A stretch of DNA of 64,000 nt from a bacterium (GTDB taxonomy: Bacteria > UBP6 > UBA1177): NCBI GenBank assembly GCA_017961325.1, contig JAGCXM010000015.1:9408-73407 (forward strand), read 5' to 3'. A program made the position numbers and the translations under genes. Every line of letters begins with the position of its first letter. Position 1 is the stretch's first letter. Below, piece after piece: positions 46,788 through 59,214 of the stretch. Under the pieces are notes generated by a model. It saw only the letters and a program-made list of their open reading frames with translations. It was not told the DNA's origin and did no database searches.

Positions 46788-48724
46788 TTTCTACCTCCGC
46801 CGTTCATCAGATTCTGCATCTTTTTCGCTTTTCTGCCGGCTCTTAGACCCATGACGAGAACGGTGAAAATCGGGCATGCGGAAGCCATGCTGAGGATTCC
46901 GAAACCTTCGACGACTCCCGGAAGTTTTTCGCCCAGACCGAGTCCCATTGCGAGAACTAGCGGAACGGTGACCGGCCCGGTCGTTACTCCCGCGCTGTCC
47001 CAGCCGATGTTGACGTACTGTTCATCGGAGAAGAATGTCATCACCAGCAGAACGGCATATGCCGGAACGAGCAGTTTGAAAATCTGAATGTCCCAGATTA
47101 TTTTGACCGCACCCAGCGCGATTCCGAAACCGACACCGGTCGCAACGGCGTAAATCAGCGTCGTTTTCTTGAAAGTTCCGACCGAAAGTTCCTCGACTTT
47201 CATGCCGAGCGCGTTCAGAGCGGGCTCGGCGAGCGTCGCGCCGAAACCCATTATGAATGCGAACAGAATGACCATCAGATACCCGCCGCTGCCGCCGTAT
47301 TCGCCGAAAATCGGACCGATTCTCGGAATGTAGCGGTAAATTCTGGCCGAATCGTCATAATTCTTTTCGACGAACGGAATCTGCGAATATTTGTTGTCGG
47401 CCTCTTTTTTGAAGAAAAATTCATTGACTTCGCCTTCCGGCGTGATCGATTTCTGGACGATGCTTCTGTCGAAGTTGCGCATCGTCTCCTGACTGTCGCT
47501 CATTTCAATCATGCTGAACGAAGCGGGAAGACGCGAACCGACCTGAGTTCCGATTTTTGTCAGACCGTATTCCATTCCGATTCCGAAAAGTCCCATTCCG
47601 AGCACCGAAATGAAGATTCCGAGAAGAATTTCGTCCTTTTTCGGCAGCTTTTCACGCAGAATCACGATGAAAACGAGAAGAATGAAAATCGTGAGCGGAA
47701 GAATCGCCTGCGCCGCCTCTAAAAACTTCGTTCCTGCCACATTGAAAAGGTTGACCGCCTCTTTTACCGCGTCGTGTGCCGGAAGCGCGTTTGCCGTAAA
47801 CTGTTCGTAAAGAGCCTGCAGCCTTTCCTCCGTTCCGACGATTGCCAAAGCGGCTTCCCTGTTCGCGGCGTCGAAAAACTCGCTCTGTGGCATCGGATCA
47901 GGCAGATTCAGATTCAGAAAAATTCCCAAAATGAAGACGGCAATCACCGGAAACGCACTTGCAAGGGTGACGACGCCGAAACCCATCGAATCATTTTCCT
48001 CATCGCCGGCTGTCCGGCACAATCCTATGCCGAGCGCAAGGACAAGCGGCACCGTGACGGGCCCGGTCGTGACCGCACCGCAGTCCCATGCAAGACCTGT
48101 GATATAAAGAATGTTTTTGTCAAAAACTCCCAGAACCGTGAAAATTATAAGCAGCGGAACCGTCGCAAAAATAAACGGTTTCAGCGAAAGCGACTTCATA
48201 AAACGCAGCATGCCGGCAACGACTGCGATTCCGACGCCGATTCCGACAGATGCAACGAGATATCCGGCATACTGGTTGAGCATCACGAAAAGAAGCGGTG
48301 CCTCCCACGGCTTCACGAAAGAGCCGTTCGCCTTGAGAATCGCGATCGAAGGTTCGGCGTAGGTCGCACCGAAACCGAGAATGAAACTGAATGCTGTTAT
48401 AGTAAAAATTCCGCTTTTGAGCGGCAGTTTGACACCCAGAATTTCGCCGAGCGGCATTATTCCGAGAAAAAGGCCTTCAAGAAAAAACGCGAGTCCGATG
48501 ACGACGAGACCGATTCCCGCCGCAATGGTTCCCGATTCGTGAAGAGGCATCCCGAGAATCACCGACTGAAACAGGATAAGGTAGATAACTATCGGCAGAA
48601 CGGAAGCCAGCTGCTCCTTGATTTTGTCTTTGCAGAACCGCTGAAGCATCATTACCGACTGTTTCAGCGGAACTCTGAGTTTCTGTTGATTGCGGGGAGG
48701 CATGATTTTCTCCGAAAAATTCAA
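46784..48724 (-). CDS. Membrane protein with tandem DUF1538 domains
   Basis: Two homologous polytopic halves (…GVTTGPVTVPLVLALGIGL… appears in both). The DUF1538/PII-like gene pairing is recurrent in other genomes. Confidence 0.45.
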   Translation of the reverse strand: MNFSEKIMPPRNQQKLRVPLKQSVMMLQRFCKDKIKEQLASVLPIVIYLILFQSVILGMPLHESGTIAAGIGLVVIGLAFFLEGLFLGIMPLGEILGVKLPLKSGIFTITAFSFILGFGATYAEPSIAILKANGSFVKPWEAPLLFVMLNQYAGYLVASVGIGVGIAVVAGMLRFMKSLSLKPFIFATVPLLIIFTVLGVFDKNILYITGLAWDCGAVTTGPVTVPLVLALGIGLCRTAGDEENDSMGFGVVTLASAFPVIAVFILGIFLNLNLPDPMPQSEFFDAANREAALAIVGTEERLQALYEQFTANALPAHDAVKEAVNLFNVAGTKFLEAAQAILPLTIFILLVFIVILREKLPKKDEILLGIFISVLGMGLFGIGMEYGLTKIGTQVGSRLPASFSMIEMSDSQETMRNFDRSIVQKSITPEGEVNEFFFKKEADNKYSQIPFVEKNYDDSARIYRYIPRIGPIFGEYGGSGGYLMVILFAFIMGFGATLAEPALNALGMKVEELSVGTFKKTTLIYAVATGVGFGIALGAVKIIWDIQIFKLLVPAYAVLLVMTFFSDEQYVNIGWDSAGVTTGPVTVPLVLAMGLGLGEKLPGVVEGFGILSMASACPIFTVLVMGLRAGRKAKKMQNLMNGGGRK

Positions 48725-48776
48725 AAAAACGAGGCATTATAAGTTTGTGTTGAGAAAGTTCAAAAAAACTTTTTTG

Positions 48777-51700
48777 CTAAGATGACTCTTCAGATTTCCT
48801 CTGATCTTCTTTAAATTGATCTACAAAAAATGTTAACAAGTTTTTGCCAAAATTGCTTCTCATAGAGTGGTTCTTACGCCAGATATTCATTTCATCATCA
48901 AAATTTTTGCTCATTCGATCCCTATAAATAAAGATTTGAAGAAGTGGTTCGATTGCATTAATGTCATGTGCGATTTTAGAATTGCAGGTTGTTAATCCGT
49001 TTAATTCCAGAACTAGAGCGTTAATAAAATTAAAATTACAGAAGTGCGGAAGCCTATTAAGTTCTTGTAAATCTTCGAGTTTAATTTTTTTGTTTTTTGG
49101 CAAATAATCTTGTACAAGAAGCATAAGTATTATCCTTGATAAATCGTAATTTTCTACTGGTTGAAATCTACAGAACTTATTATTTTCTGGAAGAAAAAAT
49201 AATGCTAATTGACAGCATCCCCATGTGTGATCAGTAAAAACAGTATGTTTTCCAAAATATTTTTCAATCCATTTAGACCGCATATTCTCCTTTAGTTCAT
49301 ATATATTTTTCAATTTTTCAATATAAATATTTTTATTTAATAAATTTTTAATATCACACACACGGTTGCGAACATTAGATTCAAGATAATCGTCCAATTC
49401 AAGTATCTTTTCTATCAACTCTTTAGCTTCTTCTATTTCTTCATCTTTTGAAATTTCTGGAAGACAAAATAGCTTGTAAAAAATTAAATTCAGAACGGTA
49501 ATTACGTTAATGTTTAATAATTTTTCTTCGCTTGAAAATCTAAATCGGCTTGAATATGTTGTTTTTGATTTTGCCTTGCTCTGTATATTGTATATACTAT
49601 CTTTCAAGAATTTATAAAGCGGGTCAATATTCTCGGATGTACACATTGTATTATCCAGCATAAATTCTTCATCGAACTTGTAACCATCTGTTGTGAAGTA
49701 TCGTATGTGAAAATTTCTATTGATTTGGTTTAGATAGCCATTGTAAATAAGCTCTTTATAAAAGTCATTCTCATAACTAACATCACCTAAAAATATTAAA
49801 CTTATCCCAATTGTTCGAATATAAACTCCAATGTCATAATCTAATTTTTGTTCCATATACATTTCTTTTCTTAAATAACCTATATATTCTCTATATTCTC
49901 TTTTTAAAATATTTATGACGTCTTCATCTTCCTCCCGCTTTTTGACGCGTCCAAGCATAAATGCAAGCTGAATCTTTTGATGTAACGTTATTCTATTATC
50001 TAATTCCTTATTCATAGTATCTTTGATTGATGTCACAGCTTTTTCAATACATTCTTTTTCTTGTTCATGTTGTAAATTATTAATTAAATAATCTTTAAAT
50101 TTATCTATTTTTTCATGCAACGTTTTCTTCTCATCCTTTCTTTTTATCATAAGGCTTTTAATGTTGTTTATGATAGTTCCAACAATTGATTCTCCGCGTT
50201 CATCTTTCAAATTATTCATCAAATAGACCGCGAACTTATTTATACCGACTGTAAGAATACAATTGAATAATTTTAATTTTTTTATTAAATCACCAGATTT
50301 ATTTTCTTGAAGAATAGAAATATAATAATAAGCAAGAAAATAATTTGTTATTGATTCTGACTTAAATAAACAATGAGATTTTACATATTCATCCACCTCA
50401 CTTTTTTCGCTGGATGTGCTATCTGCTAACAATGTCTTCGCTATATATTCAGCAGCACGACCAAGATTGTTAAGTGTTTTAGTGTAGTAATCATTAAATA
50501 TTTTGCCAACATTATAGCCCCAAAAATTAGACCTGTCTTGTTCGCAATCATAATATCTTTCAATAAAAAACAAGATAATTCTAAAGTCAACATATTGTCT
50601 TCCGAGCTCTTTTATCTTGTTACACAAGTTTTCTTTTAAATCATCTTGAAGTTCTATTTTTTTAAATGAGCCATAGTAATTCAATGTCAGATTAACAAAT
50701 TCCGCATTATCAATTTTTACAGGGTGAAAATAAATAATTTTTTCAGCTTTTATTTCACCTTGTTTATTATTTAATTTTGGATAAAGTTTTTGATCTAATT
50801 TGCCAATTGAATATACAATACTGAGTTTTGGAACGGTGCAGATTTTATTAATCCATGTACGTATTTCTGTTTCTAATTTGTCATTTACCATAAATAATGT
50901 TAGCCCATCAATAAGTAGGATTGTTTTTTTATTGTTATCAGACATTAGCCTACCCTCTATTTTTTCAAGATATTGTCTTAAATCAGTAAGAGTATCTTCT
51001 GTTTTCCATCTATTACCCTGATCATCCAAATCATAATTAGTAGAAATTAGGAATGGTTGTGTATTGTCCTTTTTTGAATTTAATAAACACTTATAGTAGA
51101 GCAAAGATAAAATAGTTGATTTCCCTGTTCCTGGTTCTCCTTCAATTGATAATGGATATTTGTTTTCAGATTTCGCAATATAATTATACATTTTATCCAA
51201 TTCTAATGCTGACCCGTCCCCATATGTTCTCAGAGCATCTTCGTTACATTGCATTGATATTGCAGCAATCAGTTTCTTTTGTAAATCTTCATTATCTTTT
51301 ACATCCTTAGCAAGATGATCTAAGAATTTCAAATCAAAGTCATTTGGTGTATATGTTTGATTCATTGTGGGTTTTGTTCCCATCTCTATCGTTAGCTTGT
51401 TTGAGGGTAGGTTCACATCATTAATATCAAGAATATCTCTTAATATGTCAATAATTTTATGATGTTTGTCTTGTTCATTATCTTTGTCTAGCTCATACCA
51501 AATTGGGTTAATCCCCATATTGACTAATCTTGAGAATCTTGCGTCTGCTTTTTTTGGATATGGCAATATTGCATAATGCCAATGATTGTATTTTTTTTTT
51601 GCCAATTCCTTCATTTTGTCTATTAGATAGTCATTATCGTTTAATCCACATCCCATAAACAGAATATTGGAATAATTCCAAAGACATTTCAGTGTCTTAT

Positions 51701-52259
51701 ATAAAGCTGATTCTTTCTTATATTTTTTATTAAAATCGTCTTTGGTTAGAATTATAGAATCATATTGATCATACGTACCATGAAGTTTTATCAATATTGG
51801 GTTTCTACTAGCAATTCTTTCAGTAATACTGTCCGTTTCTGTCATAGTACTTGGTGTAAAAATTTTGTTGTCAAAATTTATATTTGTCTCAATTATTGGA
51901 TCAAAATTTGTTGTAACAATTGTATGGATGTTTTTTTGTTTGAAATAATAAAGATAGTTGTCTTCATCGTTTCGTTTTTGTACTTTATTCGAATGAAACT
52001 CTGTAGAAACTAATTGTGAAAGGAGTCGATGTGGTAGCTTATCTGCAACCTCCCAGTATTTAAAACATTTAAGTAAATTACGGCATTCTTTATTTGTTTT
52101 TTCATCATCATTAAGCCTTATTGCTTTAAGCAGAAGATGTTTCCAATCTATAAGACCAAAACCAGCAGACATTCCAGATCCAATAAAGGGGATAAAATTT
52201 CCTTTTTTTAACTCACTAATATAAATTTTGTTGTTATCGAAAGACATTTTTTTCTCCAA
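48777..52259 (-). CDS. SIR2-like domain plus STAND P-loop NTPase plus C-terminal helical-repeat protein (Avs5/SIR2-STAND-type antiphage defence candidate)
   Basis: N-terminal SIR2_2 motifs: FIGSGMSAGFG..W, TTNFDPIIE, KLHGT, FMGCGLNDND. Central Walker A GEPGTGKST and Walker B ILLIDGL. About 600-aa C-terminal repeat region. The gene is conspicuously AT-rich relative to its flanks. Confidence 0.65.
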   Translation of the reverse strand: MEKKMSFDNNKIYISELKKGNFIPFIGSGMSAGFGLIDWKHLLLKAIRLNDDEKTNKECRNLLKCFKYWEVADKLPHRLLSQLVSTEFHSNKVQKRNDEDNYLYYFKQKNIHTIVTTNFDPIIETNINFDNKIFTPSTMTETDSITERIASRNPILIKLHGTYDQYDSIILTKDDFNKKYKKESALYKTLKCLWNYSNILFMGCGLNDNDYLIDKMKELAKKKYNHWHYAILPYPKKADARFSRLVNMGINPIWYELDKDNEQDKHHKIIDILRDILDINDVNLPSNKLTIEMGTKPTMNQTYTPNDFDLKFLDHLAKDVKDNEDLQKKLIAAISMQCNEDALRTYGDGSALELDKMYNYIAKSENKYPLSIEGEPGTGKSTILSLLYYKCLLNSKKDNTQPFLISTNYDLDDQGNRWKTEDTLTDLRQYLEKIEGRLMSDNNKKTILLIDGLTLFMVNDKLETEIRTWINKICTVPKLSIVYSIGKLDQKLYPKLNNKQGEIKAEKIIYFHPVKIDNAEFVNLTLNYYGSFKKIELQDDLKENLCNKIKELGRQYVDFRIILFFIERYYDCEQDRSNFWGYNVGKIFNDYYTKTLNNLGRAAEYIAKTLLADSTSSEKSEVDEYVKSHCLFKSESITNYFLAYYYISILQENKSGDLIKKLKLFNCILTVGINKFAVYLMNNLKDERGESIVGTIINNIKSLMIKRKDEKKTLHEKIDKFKDYLINNLQHEQEKECIEKAVTSIKDTMNKELDNRITLHQKIQLAFMLGRVKKREEDEDVINILKREYREYIGYLRKEMYMEQKLDYDIGVYIRTIGISLIFLGDVSYENDFYKELIYNGYLNQINRNFHIRYFTTDGYKFDEEFMLDNTMCTSENIDPLYKFLKDSIYNIQSKAKSKTTYSSRFRFSSEEKLLNINVITVLNLIFYKLFCLPEISKDEEIEEAKELIEKILELDDYLESNVRNRVCDIKNLLNKNIYIEKLKNIYELKENMRSKWIEKYFGKHTVFTDHTWGCCQLALFFLPENNKFCRFQPVENYDLSRIILMLLVQDYLPKNKKIKLEDLQELNRLPHFCNFNFINALVLELNGLTTCNSKIAHDINAIEPLLQIFIYRDRMSKNFDDEMNIWRKNHSMRSNFGKNLLTFFVDQFKEDQRKSEESS

Positions 52260-52450
52260 CTCAAGTTCGTCTCATCACAGAAAAACTCGTTTAACAAATA
52301 TTGCTATAATGGTCAAATTTTTGGCAGAAAAATCCTTCCCCCAAAAACGCTTTTTTATACCTTTTGAATACTCCTCAGCCTTTTATAAAAAACATATTGA
52401 TTTTTAATAAAATTGTATTAAAATACTTCGCTTTTTTTTGGGAGTTGCAG

Positions 52451-54196
52451 TTGGCATTTTCCACCGAAGTCAACAGGCTCGTTTCCGAGCGCATTTCTCT
52501 TGACAAAATAGTCTCGAAGTATGCCAAGCTGGAACCGACGGGAAAAGGTTTCAGATGCCTGTGCCCGTTCCACAAGGAAAAAACCCCTTCATTCCACATC
52601 ATAAGCGAGTCGAATTTTTATTACTGCTTCGGTTGCGGAGTTTCGGGAAATGCGATAACTTTCCTAATGAAAAAGGAGGGTTACACTTTTTCCGAAGCGG
52701 TTCGTTTTCTGGGTGAGGAGTTCAAAATCCCCGAACTTCTGGAAGATGTCCCGCAGTTTGACGGAGCGGCCGAACAGCTGCGGAAGGAAATTCTCGAAGC
52801 AAACAGAACAGCTGCAAAAATTTTCATGCAGAACCTTGAAGAAAACGGCGGAGCGCTTGAATATCTGAAAAAACGCGGCGTTTCCGATGAAATGAAAAAG
52901 CGTTTCGCACTCGGTTTTGCGGGCGACGGCGAAAGTTTCATCGCCAGACTCAGGGAAAACGGCGTGAGCATGAACACCGCGGCGCAGGCGGGACTCGTCA
53001 AAATCGACGAAAATTCAAGAATCCGTTCGTTTTTCTTCAACCGCATAATGTTTCCGATAATCAGCAGAAAGCAGGTCGTCGCATTCGGCGGCAGAATCAT
53101 GGACGGAAACGGCCCGAAATACCTCAATTCGCCCGACACACCGGTTTTCAACAAGCACAAACACCTTTTCGGCATAGATTTCATGCGGGAATCGCTCTCA
53201 GCGTTTCCGTACATCATCCTCTGCGAAGGGTACATGGACGTGATTGCGATGCACCAGCACGGCTTCGGTACCGCAGTCGCTGCACTTGGAACTGCCATAA
53301 ACGAAGAACACCTTGAAATTATTGATAAATTCAAAAAACCGCTCGTTGTTATGCTCGACGGTGACAGCGCCGGAAGAAACGCCGCGAAAAGAATCGCGAA
53401 ACTCACGGTTCCGGAAACGCTCGATCTGCGTGCAGCATTCATCGAAGAGGAGGGAGAAGATCCCGATTCGATGCTTAAAAAGGAGGGCGGCGAAGAAAAA
53501 ATCCGCGCTCTCGTTCAGAATTCGCAGCCTCTTTTTCAGGAACTTCTCGACGAACAGCTTGCAATATTCAATTCAACCGAAAACGTTGAGGACAAACTGA
53601 AGACCGAACGGCTGATACGCGATATTTTCGCAAAAATTCCTGCAGCGAAATCAGGCGCTTATGCAAATTACGTGCTGAAAAGGTCAAACGGCGAAATCAA
53701 GGTCTACAGATCGAAACTTTCAAAAGTCGCAATACTTACGAAAAAGGCTGAGACCGGCGAAGTCAGAGAGGATAATCCCTACGAAAGATTCAGCTTTGAA
53801 AACGTGAGAAAACTCGTTGTGATAGCACTTCTCCGCAACGAATTCATCCGCTCGCTCGAAACGATAAGGGACTACTTCGTCTACTGCGGATACGGCGCTC
53901 TCATGGATGAAATCATCGCGGCAGACGACGAAGGTGCCGGCATGGAAGAAATTCTGGAAAAAGTAGATCTCACCGGCGAAATTTCGGCGGAATTTAAAGG
54001 AAAGTCGGCAACTTACATAGAAAAATACTTCGAAAGGGAGATGGCCGGCGTGAAAATCGCGCAGAACGACATCCTCTACAAAACTCTGTGCAGCGACGAC
54101 AGCCCCGAAGCAAAAATAAAAATAGCGGAAATTATTAAAGAAAACAAGAATTTAGATAAAATACGACGAGACAATATAATTACAGGCAACTGCTGA
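52451..54196 (+). CDS. dnaG: DNA primase
   Basis: CHC2 zinc finger CLCPFHKEKTPSFHI...CFGCG. TOPRIM region ILCEGYMDVI...MLDGDSAG. Probable TTG start at 52451 with a GGGAG RBS; the ORF-track ATG at 52364 lies in an AT-rich, promoter-like leader. Confidence 0.8.
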   Translation: MAFSTEVNRLVSERISLDKIVSKYAKLEPTGKGFRCLCPFHKEKTPSFHIISESNFYYCFGCGVSGNAITFLMKKEGYTFSEAVRFLGEEFKIPELLEDVPQFDGAAEQLRKEILEANRTAAKIFMQNLEENGGALEYLKKRGVSDEMKKRFALGFAGDGESFIARLRENGVSMNTAAQAGLVKIDENSRIRSFFFNRIMFPIISRKQVVAFGGRIMDGNGPKYLNSPDTPVFNKHKHLFGIDFMRESLSAFPYIILCEGYMDVIAMHQHGFGTAVAALGTAINEEHLEIIDKFKKPLVVMLDGDSAGRNAAKRIAKLTVPETLDLRAAFIEEEGEDPDSMLKKEGGEEKIRALVQNSQPLFQELLDEQLAIFNSTENVEDKLKTERLIRDIFAKIPAAKSGAYANYVLKRSNGEIKVYRSKLSKVAILTKKAETGEVREDNPYERFSFENVRKLVVIALLRNEFIRSLETIRDYFVYCGYGALMDEIIAADDEGAGMEEILEKVDLTGEISAEFKGKSATYIEKYFEREMAGVKIAQNDILYKTLCSDDSPEAKIKIAEIIKENKNLDKIRRDNIITGNC

Positions 54197-54211
54197 AACA
54201 GGAGAGTAAAC

Positions 54212-57816
<3,605 letters not shown>

Positions 57817-57833
57817 TAAAATCGAGAGGTTGC

Positions 57834-59150
57834 ATGAACGATCGAAGCAAAGAATGTTTTTTGGGACACCCGAAAGGGCTGTTCGTGCTGTTTTTTACGG
57901 AACTTTGGGAACGCTTTTCGTTTTACGGAATGAAGGCGATCCTCGTGCTTTACATGGTAGCGTCAGTCGAGGACGGCGGACTCGGCTGGAGCGACGCGAA
58001 GGGACTCGCGATCCTCGGTTACTACCAGCTTCTGGTTTATCTGATGTCGGTTCCCGGCGGATTCGTTGCCGATAAAATTCTGGGACAGCGCAAAAGCGTT
58101 TACCTCGGCGGACTTCTTCTCTGCGCAGGCCACTTTCTCATGGCTTACCCGCCGGTATGGGCTTTCTACGGCGCTCTCGGGCTCATAATTCTCGGCGTCG
58201 GACTGCTCAAACCCAACATTTCGACCATGGTCGGTGAGCTTTATCCCGACGGAGACCCGAGAAAAGACGCAGGTTTCACGATCTTCTACATGGGTATAAA
58301 CGTCGGTGCGTTCGCTGCCGGAATCGCCGTCGGCTGGCTTGCATACAAATACGGCTGGCACTGGGGATTCGGTCTCGCGGGCGTCGGAATGCTCGCCGGT
58401 CAGGCGGTTTACGCATACGGACAGAAATATCTCGGAACTGCCGGACAGCTCAAAACCAAGTCTGAAAACGGCGCGGTGGCTGAAAAACAGCCGCTCACTC
58501 CGCTTGAAAAGAGAAAAATCGGACTTGTTCTTTTCTCCTTTTTCATCGTCATCATCTTCTGGGCTGCCTACGAACAGGCGGGCGGACTGCTCAACCTCTA
58601 CACCGACCGCTACACCGAGCGCAACTTCTTCGGATTTGAGATCCCGACGGCGTGGTTCCAGTCGCTCAATCCGCTTTACATCATGATTTTCGCTCCTGTA
58701 GTCGCGGCATTCTGGGTATTTCTGGCGAAACACAAAAAGGAACCTTCCGCAATCATGAAAATGGGACTCGGAACTGTCATTCTCGGCATCGGATTCATCT
58801 TTATGGTCGGCGCATCGCTTGAAAGAGGCGGTGACGAAACGGTAAAAAGCAGCGCTCTCTGGCTCTGCATGGCATATTTCTTCAACACGATAGGCGAACT
58901 CGCACTTTCGCCCGTTTCGCTTTCATTCATCACGAACATGGCTCCTAAGCGGATGACTTCGCAGATAATGGGCTGGTACTTCGCAGTAACAGGCATCGCG
59001 GCATGGCTCGCTTCCAAAATCGGAACACTTGCCGATGTTCTGGGCGAACTTTCGGTATTCTCTCTCATTGCCGCATTCACGATAGTCCTGGGAGCTCTTC
59101 TGATGATCGCTGCACCGAAAATCAACAAAATCGCGAATATTTCCGAGTAG
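57834..59150 (+). CDS. POT/PTR2-family proton-dependent di-/tripeptide transporter
   Basis: ELWERFSFYGMKAILVLYM PTR2 signature. About 12 TM helices. Confidence 0.8.
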   Translation: MNDRSKECFLGHPKGLFVLFFTELWERFSFYGMKAILVLYMVASVEDGGLGWSDAKGLAILGYYQLLVYLMSVPGGFVADKILGQRKSVYLGGLLLCAGHFLMAYPPVWAFYGALGLIILGVGLLKPNISTMVGELYPDGDPRKDAGFTIFYMGINVGAFAAGIAVGWLAYKYGWHWGFGLAGVGMLAGQAVYAYGQKYLGTAGQLKTKSENGAVAEKQPLTPLEKRKIGLVLFSFFIVIIFWAAYEQAGGLLNLYTDRYTERNFFGFEIPTAWFQSLNPLYIMIFAPVVAAFWVFLAKHKKEPSAIMKMGLGTVILGIGFIFMVGASLERGGDETVKSSALWLCMAYFFNTIGELALSPVSLSFITNMAPKRMTSQIMGWYFAVTGIAAWLASKIGTLADVLGELSVFSLIAAFTIVLGALLMIAAPKINKIANISE

Positions 59151-59214
59151 CTGCCTTTACATTGCGCCGGAATTGACTAAAATCTTTTGATTTTAAGTTT
59201 TTTATGAGGTTGAC

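Noticed and set aside
47774-48742. 322-aa Arg/Lys-rich ORF antisense to the DUF1538 membrane gene
   Set aside because: It is a shadow ORF, since hydrophobic codons read in reverse give a basic low-complexity product.
52364-52450. ATG-initiated N-terminal 29 aa of dnaG
   Set aside because: The stretch is AT-rich and promoter-like and has no RBS. The TTG at 52451 with a GGGAG RBS gives the canonical primase N-terminus.
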